From Candidatus Omnitrophota bacterium (GTDB taxonomy: Bacteria > Omnitrophota > Gorgyraeia > Gygaellales > Profunditerraquicolaceae), in contig JBDRKE010000023.1 of assembly GCA_043814315.1 (NCBI GenBank), positions 15,576-79,575 of the forward strand: 64,000 nucleotides of DNA, in the 5' to 3' direction. The translations under genes were made by a program, and so were the position numbers. Below the pieces are notes generated by a model. That model was not told the DNA's origin, did not search any database, and was given only the letters and a program-made list of their open reading frames with translations. Shown here one piece after another: positions 8,634 to 18,898 of this stretch (the stretch's first letter is position 1; each line of letters opens with the position of its first letter).

Positions 8634-9251
8634 CTACTTTGCCTTCTTCTTTTTTGCGTTTGCAATGACGACGTAGCTATTCTTATGCCCGGGCACATTC
8701 CCTTTGACCAGCAAAATATTTTTTTCGGTGTCTATCTTGACCACGCGCAAATTCTGGACGGTTGTCGCATGATGGCCCATGTGGCCGGGTAAATGGTGCC
8801 CTTTCCAGACCCTTCCTGGCGTGGTACTTGAACCCAGGGAGCCGATTCTCCGATGAGACGTGGAGCCATGCGTCTGGGGCCCGCCCTGCCAATGCCAACG
8901 CTTCATGCCTCCCTGAAATCCTTTCCCGATGGAAGTACCGCGGACATCCACAAAATCTCCGGGTTTAAACACGTCCACTTTGAGCTCTTCCCCGACCTTG
9001 TATTCCTTAGAGGCATCTTTTAGAAACTCTTTCATGATCTTGCGCGGAGCAATATTGATCTTCTTGAAATAACCCATCAAGGGTTTCTTGACGCGGCTTT
9101 CCTTGATAAGATCAAATCCGATCTGGATGTTCTTTTCTTTTACGGCCAATATCGGACAAGGGCCGGCTTCAATGACCGTGACGCAAACCATCTTCCCATC
9201 TTCAGAGAAGATATGCGTCATTCCTATTTTTTTCCCAAGCAAACACGCCAT
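8634..9251 (-). CDS. rplC: 50S ribosomal protein L3
   Basis: uL3-like (GKKIGMTHIF...GFQGGMKRW); operon order. Confidence 0.93.
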   Translation of the reverse strand: MACLLGKKIGMTHIFSEDGKMVCVTVIEAGPCPILAVKEKNIQIGFDLIKESRVKKPLMGYFKKINIAPRKIMKEFLKDASKEYKVGEELKVDVFKPGDFVDVRGTSIGKGFQGGMKRWHWQGGPQTHGSTSHRRIGSLGSSTTPGRVWKGHHLPGHMGHHATTVQNLRVVKIDTEKNILLVKGNVPGHKNSYVVIANAKKKKAK

Positions 9252-9311
9252 GATTATTTTCCAGTTGTCCTGTTCGCCGGCTGACCTGTTTTGAACCGGC
9301 TCACAGGCTAA

Positions 9312-9369
9312 TCCTTCGACGGACTCAGGACACTTCGAAGAAGTACACTGAACGAAGCCGAAGTGCCGG
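9312..9369. repeat. Palindromic repeat family 3 (cttcg words), diverged copy, rpsJ|rplC gap
   Basis: tccttcgacggactcaggacacttcgaagaagtacactgaacgaagccgaagtgccgg; about 85 percent match to the reverse complement of 14656-14713 by eye. Confidence 0.75.
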
Positions 9370-9387
9370 AAAACCGGCTAACTTATT

Positions 9388-9687
9388 TTACTTAATCTCC
9401 GCGTCCACCCCCGCGGGCAGATTCAGTTTTCTTAAAGAATCTATCGTCTTGGATGTCGGATCACAGATATCGATAAGACGCTTGTGCGTGGATAACTCAA
9501 ACTGCTCCCGCGACTTTTTATCGATGACAGGCGAGCGCAAAACCGTATAAACCTCCCTCTTCGTAGGAAGGGGAACCGGCCCCCTGATACGCGCACCGGT
9601 GCGTCGAGCGGTTTCAACGATTTCCTCAACCGCCTGATCCAAAAGACGATGATCGTAGGCTTTTAATTTGATGCGAATCTTTTGCAT
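9388..9687 (-). CDS. rpsJ: 30S ribosomal protein S10
   Basis: [17 protein letters not shown] typical uS10; no SD, preceded by module A of family 1. Confidence 0.95.
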   Translation of the reverse strand: MQKIRIKLKAYDHRLLDQAVEEIVETARRTGARIRGPVPLPTKREVYTVLRSPVIDKKSREQFELSTHKRLIDICDPTSKTIDSLRKLNLPAGVDAEIK

Positions 9688-9742
9688 TCAATGAGCGCTT
9701 AACTTACGGAACACTAGTGACGTAAGTTAATGCGCGAATTGA
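9688..9742 (-). repeat. Junction element family 1, module A only, upstream of rpsJ
   Basis: aatgagcgcttaacttacg-loop-cgtaagttaatgcgcgaatt directly abutting the rpsJ ATG. Confidence 0.85.
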
Positions 9743-9773
9743 CTTCACACGAAAAGGAACTTTTCGTGTGAAG
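9743..9773. other. Perfect 14-bp hairpin after tuf
   Basis: cttcacacgaaaag-gaa-cttttcgtgtgaag; no U-tract follows in the mRNA sense. Confidence 0.8.
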
Positions 9774-9784
9774 CACTCTTGTTA

Positions 9785-10990
<1,206 letters not shown>

Positions 10991-11085
10991 ACTGATCCTC
11001 CTTCAATTTGCCCGTGTTTTACGGGCCAGCAAATTGATCCTTGACACGAAACATCCCATTACAACTCTCGCTTTCGTGTCAAGGA
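10991..11085 (-). repeat. Leader repeat family 2, upstream of tuf
   Basis: mRNA sense: 14-bp hairpin TCCTTGACACGAAA..TTTCGTGTCAAGGA, then TCAATTTGC-hairpin-GCAAATTGA, then AGGAGGA and ATG. Confidence 0.75.
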
Positions 11086-11173
11086 TAACTTCGGACATAT
11101 AAGTTATGTCGCTATCATCTTTTATAACTTGGTAAATATTTCGATATGGCCCCATAACTTATGTCCCCGCTTA
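11086..11173 (-). repeat. Family 1-related short form after fusA
   Basis: TAAGCGGGGAC-ATAAGTTATG-45-nt loop-CATAACTTAT-ATGTCCGAAGTTA; the fusA stop is its first TAA. Confidence 0.7.
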
Positions 11174-13270
11174 AAAACTTTTTCTTATGCCTGCCGCGGA
11201 AAATCCTCCGATAATTTTTTCTGCTATATGTGAAGGCACCTCGGCATAAAATGAGGGCTCCATTGTATAGGATGCGCGTCCCTGTGTCAAGGATCTTAAA
11301 GCCGTTGCGTAATTAAACATTTCACCTAAGGGGAGATAGGCGCGGATGACGCGGACATTGCCGCGCTGAATCAAGGAAACGATTTTTGCGCGCCTAGCGT
11401 TTAAATCACCGATCACCGTTCCCATATACTCCTCGGGCACAATCACCTCTATGTCCATAATCGGCTCCAATAAAATTGAGGCTGCTTTTTTTATGCCTTC
11501 GTTGAACGCCATTGCCGATGCCATCCGAAAGCTCATCTCCGAAGAATCCACCTCGTGATAAGAGCCGTCGGTCAGGACGACCTTGACATCCGTGACCGGG
11601 TAACCTACCAGACAACCGCTCTTGGAGGCCCCCCTGATTCCTTCTTCTACGGAACGTATAAATTCGCGGGGGATGGCTCCGCTCTTTATTTTTTCCTCAA
11701 AAGTGATTCCTAGCCCCGGCATCTCCTGCGGCTCCATTTCTAAAACTACGTGGCCGTATTGGCCGTGGCCGCCGCTTTGCTGGATGAATTTTCCCGTAGC
11801 TATAACCTTCTTGGTGATGGTTTCCCGATAAGCCACCTGAGGCGAGCCGACCTGCGCCTCAACATTAAATTCCCGCATAATCCTATCAATGGCTATCTCT
11901 AAATGCAACTGGCCCATCCCAGCGATAATCGTTTCCCCTGTCTCATGATTGTAGGTAACCCTGAAAGAAGGATCCTCCTCCGCCAATTTATGCAAAGACA
12001 TTCCTAAGCGCTCCTGGTCCTGCTTGGATTTCGGTTCAATGGCCTGCTGGATGACCGGCTCGGGAAAACGCATGGACTCTATTAGTATAGGATTGTCCTG
12101 CGTACACAGCGAATCCCCTGTTTTGGTTTCTTTGAGGCCCACGAAAACCGCGATATTTCCCGTATGCACGCTTTCAATAACCTCTTGGCGGTTGGCGTGC
12201 ATCCTCAGCAGTTTTGATACGCGCTCCTTAACCCTCTTAGAGGCATTCCACACATAATCTCCGGAGTTTAAAATTCCTGAATAAACCCGGACGTAATTGA
12301 TCCTTCCGACGTAAGGGTCGGTGGTGACCTTAAAACATAAGGCACAAAACGGAGCCTCATCTTCGGCCTGAATCTCTTCAAATTCACCGGTATCGGGATT
12401 TGTCCCTTTGATAGGAGGCACATCATACGGAGAAGGCAGGTAATCGCATATCGCATCCAGCAGAAGCTGTATGCCTTTGTTTTTAAGAGATGCCCCGCAT
12501 AAAACAGGAACGAATTTATTCTGGATAACGGTTCTGCGTATGGCCGCCTTGATATCGGCCGTATCTATCTTTTTCGCGTGGACAAAACTATCCATGATCA
12601 ACTCATCCACTTCGGCGATCTTTTCCAACAACACATCTCGTTCTTTTTGTACTGCTCCCCTAAAATCATCGGGGATCTCTTTGACTTCCCTTTGCGCGCC
12701 GACATCATCTTTATAGACGATTAATTTCATTTCTAAGAGATCAATGATGCCCTCTAAATACTCATTCTGGAGAAAAGGTATCTGGAGTGCCGCGGCATGC
12801 ACCCCTAGTTTTTTATGCATTTGGGTAATGGCATCCGAAAAATTGGCGCCGACTCTATCCATTTTATTTATAAAGGCTATGCGGGGAACTCCGTACCTGT
12901 CTGCCTGGCGCCAGACCGTTTCTGACTGCGGCTCTACCCCTCCCACGCCGCAAAAAACCACCACAGCGCCGTCTAAAACCTTTAACGATCTTTCCACTTC
13001 AATGGTAAAATCCACATGGCCGGGAGTATCGATAATATTAATATTAAAACCGCGCCATTGGCAGGTAGTGCAGGCAGCTGTTATGGTGATGCCTCTTTCC
13101 TGCTCCTGAACCATCCAGTCCATCGTGGCCGTGCCTTCGTCCACCTCTCCGATTTTATAGGTCCTGCCCGTGTAATAAAGGATACGCTCGGTGGTTGTGG
13201 TCTTACCGGCGTCGATATGCGCGATGATACCGATATTCCTAATTTTGTCTAATGCTATTTTGCGGCTCAT
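11171..13270 (-). CDS. fusA: Elongation factor G
   Basis: AHIDAGKTT, DTPGHVDF; 699 aa; str operon order; no SD, preceded by the family-1 element. Confidence 0.97.
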   Translation of the reverse strand: MSRKIALDKIRNIGIIAHIDAGKTTTTERILYYTGRTYKIGEVDEGTATMDWMVQEQERGITITAACTTCQWRGFNINIIDTPGHVDFTIEVERSLKVLDGAVVVFCGVGGVEPQSETVWRQADRYGVPRIAFINKMDRVGANFSDAITQMHKKLGVHAAALQIPFLQNEYLEGIIDLLEMKLIVYKDDVGAQREVKEIPDDFRGAVQKERDVLLEKIAEVDELIMDSFVHAKKIDTADIKAAIRRTVIQNKFVPVLCGASLKNKGIQLLLDAICDYLPSPYDVPPIKGTNPDTGEFEEIQAEDEAPFCALCFKVTTDPYVGRINYVRVYSGILNSGDYVWNASKRVKERVSKLLRMHANRQEVIESVHTGNIAVFVGLKETKTGDSLCTQDNPILIESMRFPEPVIQQAIEPKSKQDQERLGMSLHKLAEEDPSFRVTYNHETGETIIAGMGQLHLEIAIDRIMREFNVEAQVGSPQVAYRETITKKVIATGKFIQQSGGHGQYGHVVLEMEPQEMPGLGITFEEKIKSGAIPREFIRSVEEGIRGASKSGCLVGYPVTDVKVVLTDGSYHEVDSSEMSFRMASAMAFNEGIKKAASILLEPIMDIEVIVPEEYMGTVIGDLNARRAKIVSLIQRGNVRVIRAYLPLGEMFNYATALRSLTQGRASYTMEPSFYAEVPSHIAEKIIGGFSAAGIRKSF

Positions 13271-13539
13271 TTTTAATGAGCGCTTAACTTACGAATCCCG
13301 AAACTTCGGGATGAGTAAGTTAATGCGCGAATTAACCCCCCACCACTTTTTAAATACACTTGAGATTAAATCTTACGGTATATCTACCCCTCCCACCCCA
13401 TCTAACAAATCACGCGTTTGTTACAAAAAGTGGTGGGGGGTAAGTTCGGACATAAACTTATGTTCGCTTGCCGCAGGAGCGGCACACCGGCTGATCCGAT
13501 AAAGCCGGGTGCGCGCTCCATAAGTTTAGTCCTCACTTA
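13271..13539 (-). repeat. Junction element family 1, full copy, rpsG|fusA
   Basis: All three modules; the rpsG stop TAA is the first triplet of TAAGTGAGGAC. Confidence 0.9.
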
Positions 13540-14007
13540 CCACCTAAAGTGCGCAAAGGCCTTATTGGACTCTGCCATCTTATGCGTATCGTCTCTTTTT
13601 TTGATGACGGAACCTTCCCCCTTATGCGCGGCAATGATCTCATCCGCCAATTTTTCCTTCATGGAGCGGCCCTTCTTGTTTTTGGCAAAATCCCTGATCC
13701 AGCGCAAGGCAATAGAAGTTCCCCGCTCCTGACGCACCTCAATAGGAACCTGATAGGTTGCTCCCCCCACGCGCCGGGGCTTCACTTCCAATCGTGGCCT
13801 GGCATTATCCAGGGCCTTATGGAAAATCTTCAGCACATCGGGCTCATTAAGCTGTTTCTTGACTAAATCTAATGCCCCGTAAACCATCCTTTCGGCGATG
13901 GACTTCTTGCCTTCCAACATTACCATATTGATAAATTTGGCGACTATTTTACTGTTGAATATCGGATCAGGTAATAGTACTTTTTCTTGCGCTTTTCTTC
14001 TTCTCAT
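13537..14007 (-). CDS. rpsG: 30S ribosomal protein S7
   Basis: uS7-like (LPDPIFNSKIVAKFIN ... AFAHFRW); the stop TAA is the first 3 nt of the next element copy. Confidence 0.95.
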   Translation of the reverse strand: MRRRKAQEKVLLPDPIFNSKIVAKFINMVMLEGKKSIAERMVYGALDLVKKQLNEPDVLKIFHKALDNARPRLEVKPRRVGGATYQVPIEVRQERGTSIALRWIRDFAKNKKGRSMKEKLADEIIAAHKGEGSVIKKRDDTHKMAESNKAFAHFRW

Positions 14008-14267
14008 TTTTAATGAGCGCTTAACTTACGCACACAATAGTGTGCGTAAGTTAATGCGCGAATTAACCCCCCACCACTTTTTAAATACACTTGAGATATC
14101 TTACGGTATTGCTCCCCCTCCCACCCCATTCTGTAAATCACACGCTTGTTACAAAAAGTGGTGGGGGGTAAGTTCGGACATAAACTTATGTTCGCTTGCC
14201 GCAGGATCGGCACACCGGCTGATCCGATAAAGCCGGGTGCGCGCTCCATAAGTTTAGTCCTCACTTA
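14008..14267 (-). repeat. Junction element family 1, full copy, rpsL|rpsG
   Basis: All three modules; near-identical to the 5898 copy in the module-B loop. Confidence 0.9.
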
Positions 14268-14636
14268 TTTAGGCCTTTTGGCTCCGTATTTAGACCGTGA
14301 CTGTCTCCTTTGGTTCACTCCGGATGCATCCAGCGTCCCTCGCACAATGTGGTACCTGACGCCAGGCAGATCTTTGACGCGCCCCCCCCTCACTAAAACA
14401 ATAGAGTGTTCCTGTAAATTATGCCCTTCACCCGGAATATAAGACGTTACTTCTATCCCTGTGGTCAAACGCACCCTGGCAATCTTCCTTAAAGCGGAAT
14501 TCGGTTTCTTGGGCGTCATCGTGCGCACCTGAAGGCATACCCCGCGTCGTTGGGGACATGCTTTTAAAGCCGGCGATTTGGTCTTTTTCTTTTTTGAAAT
14601 TCTTCCTGATCGGATTAATTGAGCAATCGTTGGCAT
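14265..14636 (-). CDS. rpsL: 30S ribosomal protein S12
   Basis: MPTIAQLIR...[13 protein letters not shown] typical uS12. Confidence 0.95.
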   Translation of the reverse strand: MPTIAQLIRSGRISKKKKTKSPALKACPQRRGVCLQVRTMTPKKPNSALRKIARVRLTTGIEVTSYIPGEGHNLQEHSIVLVRGGRVKDLPGVRYHIVRGTLDASGVNQRRQSRSKYGAKRPK

Positions 14637-14655
14637 ATTTTTGTTTGCTGATTTG

Positions 14656-14713
14656 CCAGCACTTCGCTTTCGCTCAGTGTCCTTCGGCGAAGTGTCCTGA
14701 GCCCGCCGAAGGA
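14656..14713. repeat. Palindromic repeat family 3, diverged copy, rpoC|rpsL gap
   Basis: Reverse-oriented relative to 9312-9369. Confidence 0.75.
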
Positions 14714-14758
14714 TTTTCCGGTTTGCCGGTTTAACCGGCTCATCGGCGAACTGGCTAA

Positions 14759-17700
14759 CTATTTATTCTCTTTCTCTTCCTTTTTTCCCTCTTTGGCTTT
14801 TGCGCTTTCAATCGTCTTGATGACTTCGATGTCGAGATGGTCGCGAAAACCGGTTCCCGCAGGGATAAGATGCCCGACAATCACGTTCTCTTTCAGTCCG
14901 AACAAATCATCGCGTTTTCCCGAAGCTGCCGCATCCGTCAGAACTCGAGTGGTCTCCTGGAAACTAGCCGCGGAAACAAAACTCTCCGTGGTCAAAGAGG
15001 CCTTTGTAATCCCCAAAAGCAACGGTGTCGCCTGAGCGGGTTTTTGTCCCTTCTTGATAACCCTAGTATTCTCTTTTTGGAATTTCCATTTATCTACCTG
15101 CTGCGTAACCAGGAATTCCGTGTCCCCTGAGTCTTCAATCCTGACCTTTTTTAACATCTGTCTGATGATCAATTCGATATGTTTGTCGTTGATGCGCACA
15201 CCTTGCAAACGATAGACTTCCTGTACCTCATTAACTAAATATTCCTGCAGCACCTTATCCCCGCAGACTCTTAAGATGTCCTGCAAAACCACGGGGCCGT
15301 CGGTCAATTGCTGACCGGCAATAACCTTATCCCCTTTGTAGACATTAGGGTGCTTGCCGTGAGGAATCACATATTCTTGCTGCATACCCGTGGTGGATTT
15401 GACGATAATGACGCGCTGAGCCTTTTTGGTCTCGCCGAATTCGACAAAACCGTCGATCTCGCTGATCACGGCAGGGTCTTTGGGACGCCTAGCCTCGAAT
15501 AATTCCGCTACACGAGGAAGGCCGCCGGTAATATCCCTCGTTTTAAAGACGAGGCGCGGAATCTTTCCTAACAGGTCACCGGCTTCAACTTTCTGGCCGT
15601 CTTTAACCAAGATGTGGGCACCCATGGGAATAGGATAAATCCCCAGGACTTCTTTTTGCTCATCCAGGATCAATATCTGAGGATGATACTCCTGCTTATG
15701 CTCGACGACGACCCGTTCCGTTAATTTCGTAACGGGGTTTAACTCCTCCCGTACCGTGATATCTTCTCTCAGGTCTTCATATTTGACCTGGCCGCTGACC
15801 TCTGTAAGAACGGGGAACGTGTAGGGGTCCCAGCGGGCAAAAGCAACCCCCTTGGCGATTTCTTCGCCGTCGGCTATGCTTAAGAAAGCCCCCTGAGTCA
15901 AAAGATAACGCTCCAGCTCGCGCCCCTGCTTATCGTTGATACTAACAGAGCCATTCCTATTCAAGACAATAAATTCCTTATTTTTTGCCGTAACCCTGAG
16001 GCCATGGTATTTAATGAAACCTTTATTCTTGGATTTTATAAACGACTGCTCGACAATCCTGGAGGCGGTTCCACCGATATGGAACGTCCTCATGGTGAGC
16101 TGCGTGCCGGGCTCGCCGATGCTCTGAGCGGCAATAACCCCTACGGCCTCTCCCACCTCAACCAGCCTCCCCGTCGCCAGATTTCTTCCGTAACATTTCG
16201 TGCAGACGCCTTTTCCGGATTCGCAGGTTAAGGCACTGCGGATACGAATCTTTTCAATGCCGAGCCTCTCGATCATATCCGCCTTTTCTTCGCTGATATC
16301 GGTGCCTGACTCCACGATCACCTCATCCGTAATAATATCGACGATATTATCCAAAGCCACCCTTCCTACGATACGGTCCTTCAGGCTAACCACAACCTCA
16401 TCCCCTTCAATAATCGCAGAAACCGTTATACCATTGAGGGTCCCGCAATCCAGTTCGCAAACAATGACTTCCTGGGCCACATCAACAAGCCGGCGGGTCA
16501 GATACCCTGCATCTGCGGTCTTCAGGGCCGTATCCGCCAGACCTTTACGCGCACCGTGAGTAGAAATAAAATACTCTAAAACATTGAGGCCCTCTCTGAA
16601 GTTAGCGGTTATCGGGTTTTCGATGATCTCCCCTGAAGGCTTAGCCATCAAGCCTCTCATGCCTGCCAGCTGCCTTATCTGGAGCCGCGAACCGCGGGCG
16701 CCGGAATCCGCCATCATGAATATGGGGTTAAAAGGATCCATCCCCTTGAAAAGCAGGTCAGAGACCTTATCCGTCGCATGCGTCCAAATATCAATCACCT
16801 TGGATTTACGCTCGCTTTCCGTAATAATGCCCCTTCTATACTGCTCTTCGACTTTGGCAACTTCCGCTCGAGATTCTTTCAGGACTTCAATCTTTTCTTC
16901 CGGAATATTTAAATCATTAATACCAATAGAGATACCCCCTGCCGTTGCCATATCAAACCCCAGCATTTTTATATCATCAAGCAATTTGACGGTAGCGCTG
17001 TGGCCGAATCGCTTATTACAGTCAATCACGATGTCGCCAACCTGGCTTTTGTTCAGTTCCCTGTTGACAAAACCAAAACCTTTGGGCAGGTGTGAATTGA
17101 ATAAAACGCGTCCCACGGTGGTCTCAACGAGCTGCTTTCCGGGTAGTATTTTCTTCTCCTCTAAATCAAAAACATCCTCAATCCTTACCTTGATCTTAGC
17201 ATGCAACTTAACGACCTTATCCTCATAGGCCACTAAGACTTCATCCGTGCCGGAGAAAACTTTGCCCTCCGTCTTGGCACCCGGTTTTATTTTGGTCATA
17301 TAAGAAACGCCTAAGATGATATCCTGGGTTGGCGTGCTTATGGGCCGACCGTCCGCCGGAGAAAATATATTGTTAACGGAGAGCATAAGAATCTTAGCTT
17401 CCAGCTGTGATTCCAACGATAAAGGCACATGGACGGCCATCTGGTCTCCGTCAAAGTCTGCGTTGAATGCGGTGCAGACGAGCGGGTGTATTTTGATGGA
17501 TTTGCCTTCGATAAGGACCGGTTGAAAAGCCTGGATTCCCAAACGATGCAGCGTCGGGGCGCGGTTAAGAAGCACAGGGTGGTCTTTGATGACTTCGTCC
17601 AGGATATCCCAGACTTCGATTTTACCGCGCTCCACCATCCTGCGCGCGCCCTTAATCGTATGCACAAACCCTTTTTCTCTCAACTTCTTTATGATAAACG

Positions 17701-18805
17701 GCTCGAATAACTCCAGGGCCATCTGTTTGGGAAGACCGCATTCATGGAGTTTTAACTCCGGACCCACCACAATAACCGAACGGCCAGAATAATCCACGCG
17801 CTTACCCAAGAGATTCTGCCTGAACCGGCCCTGTTTTCCTTTAAGCATATCAGAAAGAGATTTCAAAGGCCGGTTATTAGCGCCTATGACGGGCTTACCG
17901 TGCCTGCCGTTATCTAAAAGCGCATCCACCGCTTCCTGAAGCATCCTTTTCTCATTGCGGATGATAATCTCGGGAGCCGCCAATTCTATGAGTTTCTTCA
18001 GGCGGTTGTTGCGGTTGATGACCCTGCGGTAGAGATCGTTCAAATCCGATGTGGCAAAGCGGCCTCCGTCAAGGGGGACCAGGGGCCTTAAATCCGGAGG
18101 GATAACCGGCAATATTTCCAAAATCATCCATTCGGGCCTGTTTTTAGATTTCTTAAAATCTTCGACGATCTTTAAAGCCTTCAAAACCTTGCGGTTGCCC
18201 AGGGCGTCTTTTGATTTTTCCAGATCCCTGTGCAATTTACGGCACTGACTGTCCAGTTCCAACTCTTTTAATAAATCCCTGATCGCCTCTGCACCTATCT
18301 TGGCTTTAAAAGTCCCTTGGTATTTGCTGAGGGCTTCCTGATATTTCTCTTCGCTCAGAAGCTCTTTCTTCTTTAAAGGAGATGTCCCGGGGTCCACGAC
18401 CACATATTCCTCATAATAGATGATCTTCTCCAAATCCCTGAGGCCTATATCCAATAAAGCGGCCATACGGCTGGGCACGGCCTTAAAAAACCAGATGTGG
18501 GTTACCGGCGTAGCCAAATCTATATGTCCCATGCGCTCGCGCCTCACCGAAGAGCGATCTACCGTTACAGCGCAGCGGTCACAGGTAATCCCCTTAAATT
18601 TGATTCCTTTGTATTTGCCACAGTTACACTCCCAGTCCCGCACCGGGCCAAAGATCTTTTCGCAGAACAAACCGTCTTTTTCCGGTTTTAAGGTGCGATA
18701 GTTAATGGTCTCGGCCTTTCTCACTTCACCCTTTGACCAGGACTTAATGATCTGGGGGTTGGCGATCTTTATCGATATACTGTCGAAGGTAATGGCTTCT
18801 TCCAT
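14759..18805 (-). CDS. rpoC: DNA-directed RNA polymerase subunit beta'
   Basis: 1348 aa with catalytic NADFDGD and N-terminal Zn-binding cysteines; follows rpoB. Confidence 0.97.
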   Translation of the reverse strand: MEEAITFDSISIKIANPQIIKSWSKGEVRKAETINYRTLKPEKDGLFCEKIFGPVRDWECNCGKYKGIKFKGITCDRCAVTVDRSSVRRERMGHIDLATPVTHIWFFKAVPSRMAALLDIGLRDLEKIIYYEEYVVVDPGTSPLKKKELLSEEKYQEALSKYQGTFKAKIGAEAIRDLLKELELDSQCRKLHRDLEKSKDALGNRKVLKALKIVEDFKKSKNRPEWMILEILPVIPPDLRPLVPLDGGRFATSDLNDLYRRVINRNNRLKKLIELAAPEIIIRNEKRMLQEAVDALLDNGRHGKPVIGANNRPLKSLSDMLKGKQGRFRQNLLGKRVDYSGRSVIVVGPELKLHECGLPKQMALELFEPFIIKKLREKGFVHTIKGARRMVERGKIEVWDILDEVIKDHPVLLNRAPTLHRLGIQAFQPVLIEGKSIKIHPLVCTAFNADFDGDQMAVHVPLSLESQLEAKILMLSVNNIFSPADGRPISTPTQDIILGVSYMTKIKPGAKTEGKVFSGTDEVLVAYEDKVVKLHAKIKVRIEDVFDLEEKKILPGKQLVETTVGRVLFNSHLPKGFGFVNRELNKSQVGDIVIDCNKRFGHSATVKLLDDIKMLGFDMATAGGISIGINDLNIPEEKIEVLKESRAEVAKVEEQYRRGIITESERKSKVIDIWTHATDKVSDLLFKGMDPFNPIFMMADSGARGSRLQIRQLAGMRGLMAKPSGEIIENPITANFREGLNVLEYFISTHGARKGLADTALKTADAGYLTRRLVDVAQEVIVCELDCGTLNGITVSAIIEGDEVVVSLKDRIVGRVALDNIVDIITDEVIVESGTDISEEKADMIERLGIEKIRIRSALTCESGKGVCTKCYGRNLATGRLVEVGEAVGVIAAQSIGEPGTQLTMRTFHIGGTASRIVEQSFIKSKNKGFIKYHGLRVTAKNKEFIVLNRNGSVSINDKQGRELERYLLTQGAFLSIADGEEIAKGVAFARWDPYTFPVLTEVSGQVKYEDLREDITVREELNPVTKLTERVVVEHKQEYHPQILILDEQKEVLGIYPIPMGAHILVKDGQKVEAGDLLGKIPRLVFKTRDITGGLPRVAELFEARRPKDPAVISEIDGFVEFGETKKAQRVIIVKSTTGMQQEYVIPHGKHPNVYKGDKVIAGQQLTDGPVVLQDILRVCGDKVLQEYLVNEVQEVYRLQGVRINDKHIELIIRQMLKKVRIEDSGDTEFLVTQQVDKWKFQKENTRVIKKGQKPAQATPLLLGITKASLTTESFVSAASFQETTRVLTDAAASGKRDDLFGLKENVIVGHLIPAGTGFRDHLDIEVIKTIESAKAKEGKKEEKENK

Positions 18806-18836
18806 AATTCGTTAATCTCGTTAGGTTCCTTATTGT

Positions 18837-18872
18837 CGTTATTTTCGTTAAACAACCTCAACGAAAATAACG
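18837..18872. repeat. 13-bp perfect hairpin in the rpoB|rpoC gap
   Basis: cgttattttcgtt-10 nt-aacgaaaataacg, embedded in cgtta/taacg word repeats. Confidence 0.85.
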
Positions 18873-18898
18873 AACAAAACGAAAGTAATCTTACAACT

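Noticed and set aside
9743-9773. Perfect 14-bp hairpin after tuf considered as an intrinsic terminator
   Set aside because: In mRNA sense it is followed by TCAATTCG rather than a U-tract, and rpsJ with the rest of the S10 operon lies immediately downstream. It is reported only as a hairpin.
16584-17228. Long ORFs antisense to bona fide genes (e.g. 16584-17228+, 20474-20971+, 29181-29801+, 32551-33117+, 44099-44743+, 50070-50570+, 51180-51746+, 58430-59014+)
   Set aside because: They lie entirely opposite strongly recognisable conserved genes (rpoC, rpoB, mfd, secDF, htrA, smc, the MarC-like gene). They have low-complexity, unrecognisable products and are typical shadow ORFs.
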